NCBI GenBank assembly: GCA_051003195.1
Contig: JBPCLP010000009.1
Span: forward strand, 150,618-214,617
DNA length: 64,000 nt
Origin: Candidatus Sumerlaeaceae bacterium
GTDB taxonomy: Bacteria > Sumerlaeota > Sumerlaeia > Sumerlaeales > Sumerlaeaceae
Direction of reading: 5' to 3'
Shown here: positions 9,799-20,735 of the stretch, piece after piece
Numbering within the stretch: position 1 is the first letter of the stretch
Layout: every line of letters begins with the position of its first letter
Made by a program: the position numbers and the translations under genes
The notes under the pieces: model-generated
What the model was told of the DNA's origin: nothing
What the model saw: only the letters and a program-made list of their open reading frames with translations
The model's database searches: none

Positions 9799-10839
9799 AT
9801 GAACCGATCGACGGCAGAGCTTGAAGTGATGCGCGCGGCAGGGGCGGAGATGGAGAGCGATGGGCATGTCAGCATGCACATTGCCCGCGATGTGTACTGC
9901 ATCCCGCTGTCCGTTGTGAATGCGTACCTCGTCGGCACCCGCGAAAGTTTTATCCTGGTGGACTGCGGTTTGTATCTTTCAGCCGGGAAAATTCTGCGGG
10001 CAGTGGCCGAGCGTTTTGGAGAACATGCACGCCCCTCAGCGATTGTTTTGACGCACGGGCACTTCGATCATGTCGGCGCATTGACACAACTGCTGAACCA
10101 GTGGAACGTGACTGTGTACGTGCATCGAATGGAGATGCCCTATCTGGACGGCCGTTCCAGTTATCCGCCACCGGACCCGACGGTGGGCGGTGGCGCGATG
10201 TCATTCATGTCGCCGTTGTTGCCGAACGCGCCGCTGCATGTTGGCGAGCATTTGCAGCCTTTGCCGGAGGACGCGAGCGTTCCCGGCGTGAGCGGCTGGC
10301 GCTGGATCGCGACCCCGGGCCACACCCCGGGTCACGTGTCGCTATACCGCGAACGCGATGGCGTGTTGATCGCCGGCGACGCGTTTGTCACCACGCGCCA
10401 GGAATCCGCCGTCGCGGCGATCATGCAACCAATCGAGGTCAACGGCCCGCCGGCGTACTTTACGCCGGATTGGGAATCTGCGAAGCGGTCTGTGTGGAAG
10501 CTGGCGGAACTTGAGCCGGTGATTGTTGCAACAGGTCATGGTCGTCCGCTGCGCGGTGAGCCGATGCGGGTTGCGCTTCGCGAACTGGCGCTCAGTTTCG
10601 ACGAAATCGCGCGGCCTGCGCATGGCCGTTACGTGCATCAGCCCGCCGTCAGCGATGAGAATGGCACAGTCTCGGTTCCACCGACAGCCGTCGAGCCCGC
10701 GCTCATGGTGGCAGGTGGTGTTGCGATGGGCCTTTTGGCGGGCCTCCTGTTGAAAGGAATCATTAACGCATCGTCAGCGCCCCGCATCCCTAAAAGACGT
10801 GGTTCGCGACCCTCCGATTATGGCCACATGACGCCGTGA
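9799..10839 (+). CDS. MBL-fold metallo-hydrolase with C-terminal membrane anchor
   Basis: THGHFDHVG, TPGHTPGH, AGDA, TGHG; C-terminal hydrophobic helix; GAGGGAG SD. Confidence 0.85.
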   Translation: MNRSTAELEVMRAAGAEMESDGHVSMHIARDVYCIPLSVVNAYLVGTRESFILVDCGLYLSAGKILRAVAERFGEHARPSAIVLTHGHFDHVGALTQLLNQWNVTVYVHRMEMPYLDGRSSYPPPDPTVGGGAMSFMSPLLPNAPLHVGEHLQPLPEDASVPGVSGWRWIATPGHTPGHVSLYRERDGVLIAGDAFVTTRQESAVAAIMQPIEVNGPPAYFTPDWESAKRSVWKLAELEPVIVATGHGRPLRGEPMRVALRELALSFDEIARPAHGRYVHQPAVSDENGTVSVPPTAVEPALMVAGGVAMGLLAGLLLKGIINASSAPRIPKRRGSRPSDYGHMTP

Positions 10840-10854
10840 TATTACTGCTGTGTA

Positions 10855-11205
10855 TTAATCTCGCTTTGTGCGAGCTTCATGCAGCAGTTCCTGGATAGCG
10901 GGTTTGAGCTGTGGTATATCCTTTTCAACCGCTGCCCAGACCTCGTGAAGATCGACGCCAAAGTAATTGTGCACCAGAATGCTTCTCATTGCAGCAATCT
11001 GTGCCCATGGTATATTTGGACGAAGCCGCTGAAGTTCCTCGCGAATCGAGCGCACAGCTTCGCCAATGATTTGGATATGGTATACCATCCACACCTGGAC
11101 CATACGATCAGTAAGAAATGCTTCTTCGCCCTTTGCTGCCGCGACTTCTTCGATGCGGTCAATCGCCTCAAGGATGTGTTCAAGGCGATCCACCAAACTT
11201 CTCAC
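10855..11205 (-). CDS. HepT-like HEPN ribonuclease toxin (DUF86)
   Basis: IQIIGEA, IPW, R-X4-H motif (RSILVH) followed by NY; GTGA overlap with the upstream MNT gene. Confidence 0.9.
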   Translation of the reverse strand: MRSLVDRLEHILEAIDRIEEVAAAKGEEAFLTDRMVQVWMVYHIQIIGEAVRSIREELQRLRPNIPWAQIAAMRSILVHNYFGVDLHEVWAAVEKDIPQLKPAIQELLHEARTKRD

Positions 11206-11489
11206 AGGGCAACGGCTTCCCTTAAGATACGATCCCGGTATTTTGCCTTCAGCCCGCGTTCACTCGCAATGTCGACCCGCCGGGCCAGCAACGTTTCAAG
11301 CGCCAACTGCAACGACGCGTGATCGAGCAGGCTCCGGCCTGGCTCGAAACTAACGAGAAAGTCTACGTCGCTCTTCACTCCGGCGTGTCCCCGCGCCACT
11401 GACCCGAATATGCGCACATGAGTAGCACCATGCAGGTGGGCCACTTCCAAAATACGCTTTCGCTGAGCTCTTAAATCATCGAGGTTCAT
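11202..11489 (-). CDS. MntA-like minimal nucleotidyltransferase antitoxin
   Basis: FGSVARGHAGVKSDVD = GS-X10-DXD. Confidence 0.9.
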   Translation of the reverse strand: MNLDDLRAQRKRILEVAHLHGATHVRIFGSVARGHAGVKSDVDFLVSFEPGRSLLDHASLQLALETLLARRVDIASERGLKAKYRDRILREAVAL

Positions 11490-11544
11490 ATCGGTCTCGT
11501 GCATCTATACAGCATCTTCGCGCTCTCATTGTTTGACCCGCTGT

Positions 11545-13611
11545 TTATGCGTTCACATAATTCACGCGCTCGTCATGTAACACGCCTTCTAACAGGATGC
11601 GTAATGTGAGATAAACCTTCATGTCGATCGGGCCAGCCGCTTCCAGGGGCTCCAGCGGTGGCAGGGGCTCGACGTTTTCGGGATTAACTGGAAATGTTCC
11701 CAGCGCGGTTGTGAATTCGTGCAGTTCCTTGTCGGTGGTATTCGGCACCCGCAGGATATACTCCTGTCCGTGCATGCGACCATAAATGATTTCCGCATCC
11801 TCGCGTACCTCGATGTAGAACCCATCATACTTCTCGAACGAGTCCCACTCCTTGAAATCCGAAAAAAAGGTAGGCTTCTGTATAAACGGCCCACCATATT
11901 CCGGACAGAAAGTATCGCAGTTTCCACACTCATTGCAGAAGGCCGCGAAGTTCGCGATCTGGCGGCTTTTCTTAAGCTGTAGCTGGTGCTCGCCATCGAT
12001 CGCAACGATCTGCCCATTTTTAAGCAGGTAATTGCGGTAGGTAATATCGGTCTCGGGTGACTGGTAGGTGAAGTTTGCGTCGTTAGGGCATACCGGTATG
12101 CACTTGTCGCAGGTGATGCAGTCGAAAACCGTCAGGAAAGAGTTGATTCGTTTTGGGATGACGGCGTTTCGTGTGCGCGAATATCGTGTATCTGCGACAA
12201 CTTCCCGTGCGATACGTTCGTGGTTGTACATACCCTGGTTTGCGAGCAGCTCACCCGTCTGCGTCGCAACTTCGCCGGCGTCATTGCCACTGTAGTTCAT
12301 AATGTACTGGTCGATACTGAACGCACTAACCCGCCGCATGTCCGTCTCGAGTGCTCGGACATAATCGATCGTTCGTCCAAATCCGCCAGGCTTGAGTAAA
12401 TCGGTACATGTGGTAATCGGAACAAATCCGCAGGCAACGCATGGCGCAAAGTTCATCTTGTCGACGCCCGCGCTAAAGGAGATCGGCACGTAGCCGTCCT
12501 CCTGCGGTTCGCGTTCATCGGTGGTCAGGCCGTTAACGTGCGAAAGATAAGCGCTGCGGAACTTGTACGCCAGCTCGACCGCTATCGGGTGCAGCGGTGC
12601 ACCACTCATGTACATGACCTTCTCACTCGGCTGAAAAAAGTCACGATGGTTCATCACTTCGAGAGTATTGTTGAACTTTGCGCCCACGCGCAACCCGAGG
12701 CTGTGTGCCAGCCGGCGCAGACGACGCGTTATGACGATCGAGTCATCAAATTGCAGACCGCTGGTGAGCGCCGCCGGGTTTAACTGCATTTCAGGATAGC
12801 CGAGGATGTTGTGCAGAATCTCATCCAGTCGTTCGCCGCCAAGCATGGTCGGATTCATCTTGATGATCGTGTGCAGGTGGTTCTCCCGGAGAAGAAACTC
12901 CACGATACGCTCGATTTCATCGGCAGGGCAGCCGTGGAAGGTCGAAAGCGTGGCCGTGTTCACGATTCGCGGGTCGTACTCGATGCTTCGCAGATGTGCG
13001 AATTCATCGGGGATTTCCGCGCGCAGTCGATCAATGACAGAGGAAGCGTCCAGAAGCCCGTGGATAAACGTCTGTACCTTTTCGCTGCGTATACCCTCGA
13101 GATTGTACCCGCACGACAGGTCAAAGATGCAGTCGTAAAAGTTAGGCAGTTCGTGGTGCGCCGTCGCGCGGGCGCGCTTCGGGACACCGAGCGTTTCCTC
13201 CTGCTCCAGCATACGGAGCAGCATCCAGGCCTTTACGTATTCATCCAGGCTTTGCCCCAGCAGCAGCTCCTGCGAGAACTCTATATTATATCCGACGTTC
13301 GTCGCATCAATGCACGGGCGCCCGATGCTGAGCCGATCATCGATCTGCACCGTCTTAAGTTCCATAACCCGGCAGCCGCCGAGCCACGAGAGCACGATGT
13401 TTTGCGCCATCTGGGTGTGAGGACCCGCGGCGGGGCCGAGGGGTGTCGCGGCCGGATACCCGTGAAACCGGACACCGGTGTTAAGCTCCGCGGCTTCGGC
13501 CCCCCGCCAGAACTTGTTGGCCGGCAGGTCAAAGATCTTATTCTCTCTCTGGAATTCACGGAACATACGGCGCACAAGTTGCGCGAAGGGCAATGGCACT
13601 AATTCAGGCAT
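11545..13611 (-). CDS. YgfK-like (putative selenate reductase-related) flavin/4Fe-4S protein
   Basis: TPLGPAAGPHTQMAQNIVLSWLGG, ELKTVQ, TLSTFHGCP, MYMSG; CITCDKCIPVCPN and CNECGNCDTFCP Fe-S motifs. Confidence 0.75.
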   Translation of the reverse strand: MPELVPLPFAQLVRRMFREFQRENKIFDLPANKFWRGAEAAELNTGVRFHGYPAATPLGPAAGPHTQMAQNIVLSWLGGCRVMELKTVQIDDRLSIGRPCIDATNVGYNIEFSQELLLGQSLDEYVKAWMLLRMLEQEETLGVPKRARATAHHELPNFYDCIFDLSCGYNLEGIRSEKVQTFIHGLLDASSVIDRLRAEIPDEFAHLRSIEYDPRIVNTATLSTFHGCPADEIERIVEFLLRENHLHTIIKMNPTMLGGERLDEILHNILGYPEMQLNPAALTSGLQFDDSIVITRRLRRLAHSLGLRVGAKFNNTLEVMNHRDFFQPSEKVMYMSGAPLHPIAVELAYKFRSAYLSHVNGLTTDEREPQEDGYVPISFSAGVDKMNFAPCVACGFVPITTCTDLLKPGGFGRTIDYVRALETDMRRVSAFSIDQYIMNYSGNDAGEVATQTGELLANQGMYNHERIAREVVADTRYSRTRNAVIPKRINSFLTVFDCITCDKCIPVCPNDANFTYQSPETDITYRNYLLKNGQIVAIDGEHQLQLKKSRQIANFAAFCNECGNCDTFCPEYGGPFIQKPTFFSDFKEWDSFEKYDGFYIEVREDAEIIYGRMHGQEYILRVPNTTDKELHEFTTALGTFPVNPENVEPLPPLEPLEAAGPIDMKVYLTLRILLEGVLHDERVNYVNA

Positions 13612-13724
13612 GCGGCAGGGTGGGCTGCGTCGAATGCCCCTGTCAAAAAGAAGCTGTTGAACCTTCGATGCGCATCTCGCAGCTAAACCGCACTTCTAAT
13701 CATAGAGAGACAAAGCTACCGCTT

Positions 13725-14966
13725 ATGCCGATACTTCGCAGGGAAGAAGCGCCTGATCTGCTCGGACCGTACCTGGTATACTTATGGCAGCGCAAACTCT
13801 GGATCCTGGTTCCAGGTCTGCTCGTATTCGTACTGGTCTATATTGCGATGCGATTTGTGGCAGAGGAGTATAAGGCCACGGGCGCACTATATGTTAACCG
13901 GTTGATGGCAGGGCAGGACCGCGATGAAGTCCTCAGCCCTGCTACGGTTGCACAGCTACTGGAAAGCAGTATGATTCTGCACCGGGTTCGGGACGAATAT
14001 ATGCAGGCCTTCGGTATTGCGCACGCGCCGCAATTCGAGAAGTTTGCCCGCCGGTTCAAGGTCAAGACCGACATTCTACAGGACACTTCCGTGCGGAAAG
14101 ACGTCTCCCCGGTTCTCGAGCTGGAGGTACAAAGCGATGGCACCAGCCAGACACGATTCCTCATGGAAAGCTGGATTCGTAACGCCATCTCCGAATTCGG
14201 CAATGTCGCTGCGGATGAAGCCGTTTCCAAACGCGACAACCTGCAGCGCGAGAACGCCAGGCTCGAAACCGAAATTCAGCATGCGGAAGGAGAACGCTCT
14301 CAGGTACGTACCCAGCTCGTCCTGCAGGAGAAGCTGCTCGCGCAGTCAATGGACCTGCTGGCCCCCGCGGAATTTTCGCAGAAAGCAGTGCAGTCTGACA
14401 GAATTCTCAACACCGACGTCGATTCCCGTACCGGAGGTGATTCCAGGGTCGAGGTATCGATCAATTCGCAGCCCAAGCCTCCCGGCCTTCTGTCTCACAT
14501 CTCATCTCTACAATTGCAACTTGCCCTGAGTCGCACCGGAGCAGCCGGTACGACTCCAACCACGGAACTGGAACGCCAGGCCGCCGCTGTAAACTCGGTC
14601 ATCCAGGACATGCAGACTTCCATATCGGCCTTGCAGAAAACTGTCGCTGATTTGACCCGTGAAGTATCCCGACTGGACCGCGATCTGGAGTACAAACGTA
14701 GCATCCAGGCGCGCCTTCACATAAGCCTGAATCGCTATGCCGTGTCTGCGGCTTTGGCAACGCATGCAGTGGAGAACGGCCTGCCTGCCGGGGCCGATCT
14801 TCGGGCCATCTCCATGCCCGTGCAGCCCGAGCTTCGAATCTGGCCCAAGCGTACATTTGCCGCCGGTGGCGCGGCGTTGGCAGCCATGCTTTTCATCAGC
14901 GTTGCGCTGTTGCTGCACCGCTACCTGCAGGCTGTCGTCCTGAAGACACGGGAAGTTGTTGAATGA
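13725..14966 (+). CDS. Wzz/GumC-type polysaccharide chain-length determinant
   Basis: N-terminal TM after LWQRKLWI, coiled coil, C-terminal PVQPELRIWPKR plus TM. Confidence 0.7.
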   Translation: MPILRREEAPDLLGPYLVYLWQRKLWILVPGLLVFVLVYIAMRFVAEEYKATGALYVNRLMAGQDRDEVLSPATVAQLLESSMILHRVRDEYMQAFGIAHAPQFEKFARRFKVKTDILQDTSVRKDVSPVLELEVQSDGTSQTRFLMESWIRNAISEFGNVAADEAVSKRDNLQRENARLETEIQHAEGERSQVRTQLVLQEKLLAQSMDLLAPAEFSQKAVQSDRILNTDVDSRTGGDSRVEVSINSQPKPPGLLSHISSLQLQLALSRTGAAGTTPTTELERQAAAVNSVIQDMQTSISALQKTVADLTREVSRLDRDLEYKRSIQARLHISLNRYAVSAALATHAVENGLPAGADLRAISMPVQPELRIWPKRTFAAGGAALAAMLFISVALLLHRYLQAVVLKTREVVE

Positions 14967-14969
14967 GTC

Positions 14970-15434
14970 ATGTGGCGGTCGCTGCGCGATAAATTGCCGC
15001 TCTTCATTGGTGCGGGGGTGGTTACGGCGCTGTTTTTCCTGGGTGTGCTGGAGTGGGATAAAACGGTGGGCTGGGTGCGGCACTACATTTTTCGGGTAAA
15101 GGGAGTTGCGCAGAATATCGGCAAAAGCCCGCCGCCTGGCGATCTCAATGCCGCGCGTGCCTGCCGCGAAAATCTGCACCGCATGCAAGCCGCAAAGCGT
15201 AAGGCTGCTTTTGATCGAGGACAACAGGTCGGGCCGATCAGCTGGGAAGAAGTGCTTCGCCGTCTTCCCGACATTCCGCAGCGCCGGCTCCATCCAGCCG
15301 AGTTGGAAAAGTTTACGCCCAAATGCCCGGCTCGCGGCACCTATTCACTGGGTAACCTGGAGGAAGTGCCGCGGTGCACTGTTAGCGGGCAGAACACCCT
15401 CACCCTCGAAGACGATCATATCATTGTGGATTGA
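14970..15434 (+). CDS. Membrane-anchored pilin-like hypothetical protein
   Basis: N-terminal TM; ACRENL...CPARGTY...PRCT cysteine pattern seen in minor pilins. Confidence 0.55.
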   Translation: MWRSLRDKLPLFIGAGVVTALFFLGVLEWDKTVGWVRHYIFRVKGVAQNIGKSPPPGDLNAARACRENLHRMQAAKRKAAFDRGQQVGPISWEEVLRRLPDIPQRRLHPAELEKFTPKCPARGTYSLGNLEEVPRCTVSGQNTLTLEDDHIIVD

Positions 15435-15494
15435 TCCAGCGTCCAATAATCTTCTGGCAAGCGACTTTCGCGGGGCTCACGGTGCGCAATCGAC

Positions 15495-15998
15495 ATGGAC
15501 CTGAAACCGCTGGTTGGTGTGATCATGGGCTCCGATTCCGATTGGGACACGATGATCCACACTTCGAAGATGCTCGAGCAGCTTGGGGTGCCGCACGAGG
15601 TGCGGGTGGTATCCGCTCATCGGACGCCGGACCTGCTTTTTGAATACGCTTCCACCGCCGAGGCGCGCGGCATCCAGGTATTGATAGCAGGCGCCGGGGG
15701 AGCGGCTCACCTGCCTGGCATGGCTGCCAGCAAAACGCTCCTTCCGGTGCTCGGTGTGCCTGTGGAGTCAAAGGTGCTGCGAGGCGTGGATTCGCTGCTG
15801 TCCATTGTGCAGATGCCGGCCGGAGTTCCAGTCGGCACATTGGCAATTGGCCGCGCCGGCGCAATCAACGCAGCGCTTCTCGCCACCACCATCGTAAGCC
15901 GCACGCATCCGGAATTGCGTGAAGCTCTTCTCAACTACCGCGCAATGCAAACCCAGGCGGTACTCGCCAAGCCGGATCCGCGGAACACCAACGCGTGA
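15495..15998 (+). CDS. purE: N5-carboxyaminoimidazole ribonucleotide mutase
   Basis: [37 protein letters not shown]. Confidence 0.97.
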   Translation: MDLKPLVGVIMGSDSDWDTMIHTSKMLEQLGVPHEVRVVSAHRTPDLLFEYASTAEARGIQVLIAGAGGAAHLPGMAASKTLLPVLGVPVESKVLRGVDSLLSIVQMPAGVPVGTLAIGRAGAINAALLATTIVSRTHPELREALLNYRAMQTQAVLAKPDPRNTNA

Positions 15999-17095
15999 AG
16001 CAGGTTGGCGTGTTGGGTGGCGGTCAACTCGGCCGCATGCTTGCTCTCGCAGGATATCCAGTGGGGCTGCACTTTCGGTTTCTCGATCACGCCCCGCAAT
16101 CTTCCGCAGCCGATGTGGGTGAACTCATTGTCGCCGAGTTCGAGGATTCTGCTGCGCTGGACCAGTTCGCAGAGGATCTCGATGTCGTAACCTATGAATT
16201 CGAAAACGTTCCGGTTTCGGCCGTAGTACATCTGGCGAAACGCCTGCCTGTTTATCCGCCCGCCGAAGCACTGATTGCGTCACAGGATCGTTTGACCGAG
16301 AAAACCTTTCTGCGCGATCTTAGCATTCCAACTGCTCAATTCGCGCCCGTAAGCAGCACCGCCGAGTTGGATGCCGCCGCTGCCACACTGGGGCATCCCT
16401 CCATACTGAAGACAAGGCTGATGGGCTACGACGGCAAAGGCCAGGTGCGGCTCATCCGCAAAGAAGATCACCCTGCTGCACTCGAGGCAATCGGCAGTAC
16501 ATCAGCGATACTGGAGGCAGTGGTGCCGTTCGAGCGCGAGCTGTCGTTGCTCGTAGCCAGAAGCGTGTCAGGCGAACTCGCATACTACGCGCTTACCGAG
16601 AACCATCATGAAGAAGGAATTCTGCGCAAATCGATTGCGCCCGCGCCTGGTCTCGCGCCTGCCCTGCAACAGCTTTCCGAACAATACGGTCGCGCGATCG
16701 TTGAAAAGCTCAATTATGTTGGCGTCCTGGCGATCGAGTTTTTCCAACTCGGCGACCAATTGATGGTCAACGAGATCGCCCCGCGTGTACACAACTCCGG
16801 CCACTGGACTATTGAAGGCGCCGAAACTTCGCAATTTGAAAATCACCTGCGTGCGATCCTGGATCTACCGCTCGGCAGCCCGCGAGCGCGCGGAACCAGT
16901 GTGATGGTCAATTGTATAGGCGAAATGCCGGGGATGGCTACTTGCCTGAGGGTTCAGGGCCTTCATTACCACTCGTACGGAAAAGCTTCGCGGCCCGGGC
17001 GCAAAGTCGGACATCTGACGATGTGCTGCGCAACGGAAACCGCGGCCCGCGAAGCCCTGCAGATACTGGAGCAGACAGTCGCCGGGGCAACTTAG
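15995..17095 (+). CDS. purK: N5-carboxyaminoimidazole ribonucleotide synthase
   Basis: [45 protein letters not shown] overlap with purE. Confidence 0.97.
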   Translation: MKQVGVLGGGQLGRMLALAGYPVGLHFRFLDHAPQSSAADVGELIVAEFEDSAALDQFAEDLDVVTYEFENVPVSAVVHLAKRLPVYPPAEALIASQDRLTEKTFLRDLSIPTAQFAPVSSTAELDAAAATLGHPSILKTRLMGYDGKGQVRLIRKEDHPAALEAIGSTSAILEAVVPFERELSLLVARSVSGELAYYALTENHHEEGILRKSIAPAPGLAPALQQLSEQYGRAIVEKLNYVGVLAIEFFQLGDQLMVNEIAPRVHNSGHWTIEGAETSQFENHLRAILDLPLGSPRARGTSVMVNCIGEMPGMATCLRVQGLHYHSYGKASRPGRKVGHLTMCCATETAAREALQILEQTVAGAT

Positions 17096-17139
17096 CTGGT
17101 CTGTTTAATGCCGATTCATCTACTAGTTCTACGCTATTA

Positions 17140-17170
17140 ATATTGTTGCACGTAACGTGCTTATAATCAT
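17140..17170 (+). promoter_or_regulatory. Possible promoter (TATAAT) with adjacent palindrome
   Basis: AT-rich spacer; TATAAT at 17162-17167 just after the inverted repeat GCACGT-A-ACGTGC (17148-17160). Confidence 0.35.
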
Positions 17171-17246
17171 TGCACGGGTGAAAACGCAACTCACACTGCG
17201 GCGCGGTATTTTGTAGTGCCTCACTCACTCAGTAAAAGGTTTTTAA

Positions 17247-18254
17247 ATGAAGCTCGGCTGTTCTTACTTTGGTAACCGTATCCTCAAGCATGTGCGCACT
17301 GACATGCAGGAACTCGCGCAAATGGGATGCACTTACGTCGTTCATTGTTTTAATGAAAACGACTGGCTGTTCTACCACGACACAATCAGGGAGATAGTCG
17401 ACATCAGCCACGGAGCGGGTCTTGAGGTCCACATCGATCCATGGGGGGTGGGCAAAGTTTTCGGGGGTGAGAGCTTTTCCAATTTCGTGATGCAGAATGT
17501 TGACGCCATGCAGATGGTGTCGGACGGAAAACCCGTGGGCTCAGCCTGCCCGAACCACCCCAGGTTCCGGGCGTTTATGCGCGAGTGGATCGACGCGGCC
17601 GTCACGACCGGCGCCGACGTTCTCTTCTGGGATGAGCCCCATTTCTACCTCGCGGGATGGATGGGAGGACGTCCGAATACATGGGGCTGTCGCTGCGCCG
17701 TCTGCGCGGAGAAATTCCAGCAGCACTATGGAAGTCCTTTGCCCGCTGAAGAAAACGACGAAGTACGGAAGTTTAAGGAGAACTCGATCATCGAATTCCT
17801 TGGCGAGCTTGTGGCCTATGGCCATGAATGCGGCAAACGCAACAGCCTGTGCGTGCTTCCATTGCGAGACGCCAGCCACAGCACGGCGAACTGGCAAAAG
17901 CTCGCAGGCATTCCCCACCTGGATATCTTCGGCACCGACCCGTACTGGTACGCGTTCAACAAAGACATGCGCGAGTTTGTCGGAGCGGCGTGTGAGGATG
18001 TTAAGGAAGTCTGCACGCAGCACAATCTTGATTCCCAGATCTGGCTGCAGGGGTACAAAACGCCGGCAGGCCGGGAGCATGAACTGGTAGAGGCCGTCGA
18101 GTTAATGGTCCAAAAAGGGATCCGCGACATCGCTGTGTGGGGTTTTCAGTCGTGCGGATTCATGTCCTGGATTCGTCCTGATAACCCGGAAATTGCGTGG
18201 GCAAAAGTGAAAGAAGCTTTCGCACGCGCGAAGGGAATTGGTACGGCTCACTAG
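17247..18254 (+). CDS. TIM-barrel glycoside hydrolase-like protein
   Basis: Barrel-like pattern with FWDEPH, CRCAVC metal motif and GTDPYW; no signal peptide. Confidence 0.55.
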   Translation: MKLGCSYFGNRILKHVRTDMQELAQMGCTYVVHCFNENDWLFYHDTIREIVDISHGAGLEVHIDPWGVGKVFGGESFSNFVMQNVDAMQMVSDGKPVGSACPNHPRFRAFMREWIDAAVTTGADVLFWDEPHFYLAGWMGGRPNTWGCRCAVCAEKFQQHYGSPLPAEENDEVRKFKENSIIEFLGELVAYGHECGKRNSLCVLPLRDASHSTANWQKLAGIPHLDIFGTDPYWYAFNKDMREFVGAACEDVKEVCTQHNLDSQIWLQGYKTPAGREHELVEAVELMVQKGIRDIAVWGFQSCGFMSWIRPDNPEIAWAKVKEAFARAKGIGTAH

Positions 18255-18577
18255 CGTTGAGCGCGTTGGGCTGCTTCCGCCGCTTCTGCTGCATGCGCGG
18301 CGCTTTGCACCTGTGTGTTGGCTCGCACCGTGGCGATGCAGGCAACACCCATTCCCAATCCGGGCAGGTAGTTTTCCCACATCACGCGACCCGTGTACGG
18401 ATCCAGACAGAAAGTGTATCCCAACAGCGACACGAACAGGCGATCTCCGTCCAGCAGCAGCGCTGGATATGCCTTGCCCTTAGGAGCCTGCCACTTCCAC
18501 AGCATAGTGCCGGTTGCACGGTCCAGGGCAACGACATGTTTGCCGAAGCCTACGAATACCATCTCGTCCAGATCCAT
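18251..18577 (-). CDS. Small PQQ-binding-like beta-propeller repeat protein
   Basis: VVALDRATGTMLW and FCLDPYTGRVMW repeats; GGAG SD. Confidence 0.75.
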   Translation of the reverse strand: MDLDEMVFVGFGKHVVALDRATGTMLWKWQAPKGKAYPALLLDGDRLFVSLLGYTFCLDPYTGRVMWENYLPGLGMGVACIATVRANTQVQSAAHAAEAAEAAQRAQR

Positions 18578-18606
18578 GAAAGATCTCCTTTATAGCGCTC
18601 TTCGTG

Positions 18607-20082
18607 CTATTCCCGGTAATCCGCATCGTTCATGCGAAGTTGCGGCGGTTGCTGTGGCGGGTACAATTGAGGTAATGGTGTTTGAGTGGCGGGAGACAAT
18701 TGCGGACTGCCCGTCGAACCCTTTGGGGCAGCGAGTAATTGCGTGGTCGTGCTGTCGACCGTTGCAGCCATTCCAGTGACGGAAACAGGGCCGCGCCGGC
18801 CCAGGGGGACGAGCTCCTCCACAGAATCACCGGGGTCGCCAATCACGATATAGCGGAACTGGTCGCCGGCGTGGTTCGCAAGGCGAAGGAAGTAGTGCGG
18901 GTTTGAAGGTGCATCAAATATTGCATACCCCTGGTTTACGCCAGCGCTTGTGAACTTCTCCGGGATTGCGCCATGGCGTTCCGTAACACCTGCTGCAATC
19001 CCGTAAGATACTCCGTCTGCTGTGACAAGAGTCATGCTTGAAGTTGCTAATGTGTCAGCATCTGGTCTCTTGTTCTCAGCCCACAGGTCTACCGCGATGA
19101 AGCCTCCTGTGGCACTTGTCGGGGCGGGTTGTACTGCAAGGCGCCGCGCGGCTCTCGTACCCAGCACTGTGTATTCGATCGTGTCCAATTGCACCGGCTC
19201 GCCTGGCTTCGCCGCGGTTGCGACATCAAACGCCGGTGTAGCGACACTAGAAGTCATTAGTTTTGCGGCAGGTGTAGACGCGGTTGGGAGATGCGCAATC
19301 GGCGGCTTCACTATGCGTCCATCCAGCAGGTGCTCCCCAGCCGCCAGCGCGATGGGCAAACAGATCGCCAGCACGAAACCGGCAGCGGGTGGAACGGATT
19401 TCGGAATGAACGGGATCGCAATTGCGTAACCGCGCGGCGGCGCATTCCGCCACGCACGTACCAGCGCGTACGCTATGAAGATGACTGCAACTGCCAGCAG
19501 AGCATAGCCAGCGCGGGAGACCCATTGCATGGCCTGGTAGTCAGAGTGACCCACGTTGCCCGCCCCGGAAGCTGTCCAGCGGGCGTTTAGCTGATTAGTC
19601 CAATAGTTGATCAGGCTCAAATATAAGACCAGCGACAATTGAAAGTTTAGAACGCAGCGAGCATGGTGGTAGACGACGCGGTCTTTAAAGCCACGCATAG
19701 CCATGGTGGCCATGGGAACCGCCGTGCCTATGTAGCGATACGGCCAGGTGAAAACGGGCAAAAGCATTGCCAGGGTCGACAGATGGCATACGATTGCCCA
19801 GGCGCGGGTTGAGGAGCGTTCGATAGCATTGGCGGCAGCTGCAGGGAGTGCAGGACGGCGTCGCTTGCGCGCTTGCTGCAGTGGGTGCAGCGGCGGGGGA
19901 ATTCGAGATAGAGCGAAGCTGTCGTCCTCAACGACAGTAGGCGGATCGGGAGAGCCGCCGCCGTGCGGCCGGACACCAGGCGCGCTCGCCCGCTCACCGG
20001 TGCTGGATGCCTCACGCCGCCCCGCATCAATGATTGTAGATTCATCCGAAAGAGAAAGTTTGTAAGGGTAGTCGTCTGGCAT
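18607..20082 (-). CDS. Membrane protein, DUF4870-like plus DUF4352-like Ig domain
   Basis: WAIVCHLS...LNFQLS...YAIAIPFI (DUF4870-like); FIAVDLWAEN...GYAIFDAP (DUF4352-like). Confidence 0.6.
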   Translation of the reverse strand: MPDDYPYKLSLSDESTIIDAGRREASSTGERASAPGVRPHGGGSPDPPTVVEDDSFALSRIPPPLHPLQQARKRRRPALPAAAANAIERSSTRAWAIVCHLSTLAMLLPVFTWPYRYIGTAVPMATMAMRGFKDRVVYHHARCVLNFQLSLVLYLSLINYWTNQLNARWTASGAGNVGHSDYQAMQWVSRAGYALLAVAVIFIAYALVRAWRNAPPRGYAIAIPFIPKSVPPAAGFVLAICLPIALAAGEHLLDGRIVKPPIAHLPTASTPAAKLMTSSVATPAFDVATAAKPGEPVQLDTIEYTVLGTRAARRLAVQPAPTSATGGFIAVDLWAENKRPDADTLATSSMTLVTADGVSYGIAAGVTERHGAIPEKFTSAGVNQGYAIFDAPSNPHYFLRLANHAGDQFRYIVIGDPGDSVEELVPLGRRGPVSVTGMAATVDSTTTQLLAAPKGSTGSPQLSPATQTPLPQLYPPQQPPQLRMNDADYRE

Positions 20083-20176
20083 TGGCGAAAACTCTTCTCC
20101 TGCTCAATCGGGTAGCGGGAGCCTGCGGCTGACTCAACGTTAAAATGCCGGGGCCGCGAGATTGTACGAATATACA

Positions 20177-20734
20177 ATGCGCCGTGGATTCACACTGATT
20201 GAACTGCTGGTCGTCGTCGGGATTATTGCGATCCTCGCCACAATCGGAATGATGAATTTTCTGGAGGCGCAAACGCGATCCAAGGTGTCGCGAGTGCGCT
20301 CAGACATGCGAACCTTCGCGACGGCCGTCGAGCTGTACTACACCGACGAGAACAACTATGTGGACACCTATGGAATCCGGAAGCTCACGACCCCAGTGGC
20401 GTATATTTCGACGATTACGCACGATGTGTTCGCAGAACGGGATGGTTCTCCGTACCTCGGCTATGTGAACACTGCGCAAATGAGCACCAGTGAAGAGCTG
20501 GAGAGCTGGGACGTGAGCAGCTACACTCCCTTGCAGCAGGGTGCCTTTGCGCAGCATGCATGGATTATCTGGAGCTGCGGGCCGGATATTAAAAGCACGG
20601 CATTGGACAACCGGCAGCGGTCGTTCAATACCGTCGTAAATGCTTCGGGTGCAGACTACGGTCTTTTCTACGACGCGACGAACGGGACTGTCGCAGAGGG
20701 AGACCTGATTCGCGCCCCCAGATTCGCCCGGTAA
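20177..20734 (+). CDS. Prepilin-type N-terminal cleavage/methylation domain protein (GspG-like)
   Basis: MRRG^FTLIELLVVV class III signal; NFLEAQTRSKVSR; WSCGPD; YDATNGTVAEGD. Confidence 0.9.
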   Translation: MRRGFTLIELLVVVGIIAILATIGMMNFLEAQTRSKVSRVRSDMRTFATAVELYYTDENNYVDTYGIRKLTTPVAYISTITHDVFAERDGSPYLGYVNTAQMSTSEELESWDVSSYTPLQQGAFAQHAWIIWSCGPDIKSTALDNRQRSFNTVVNASGADYGLFYDATNGTVAEGDLIRAPRFAR

Positions 20735-20735
20735 A

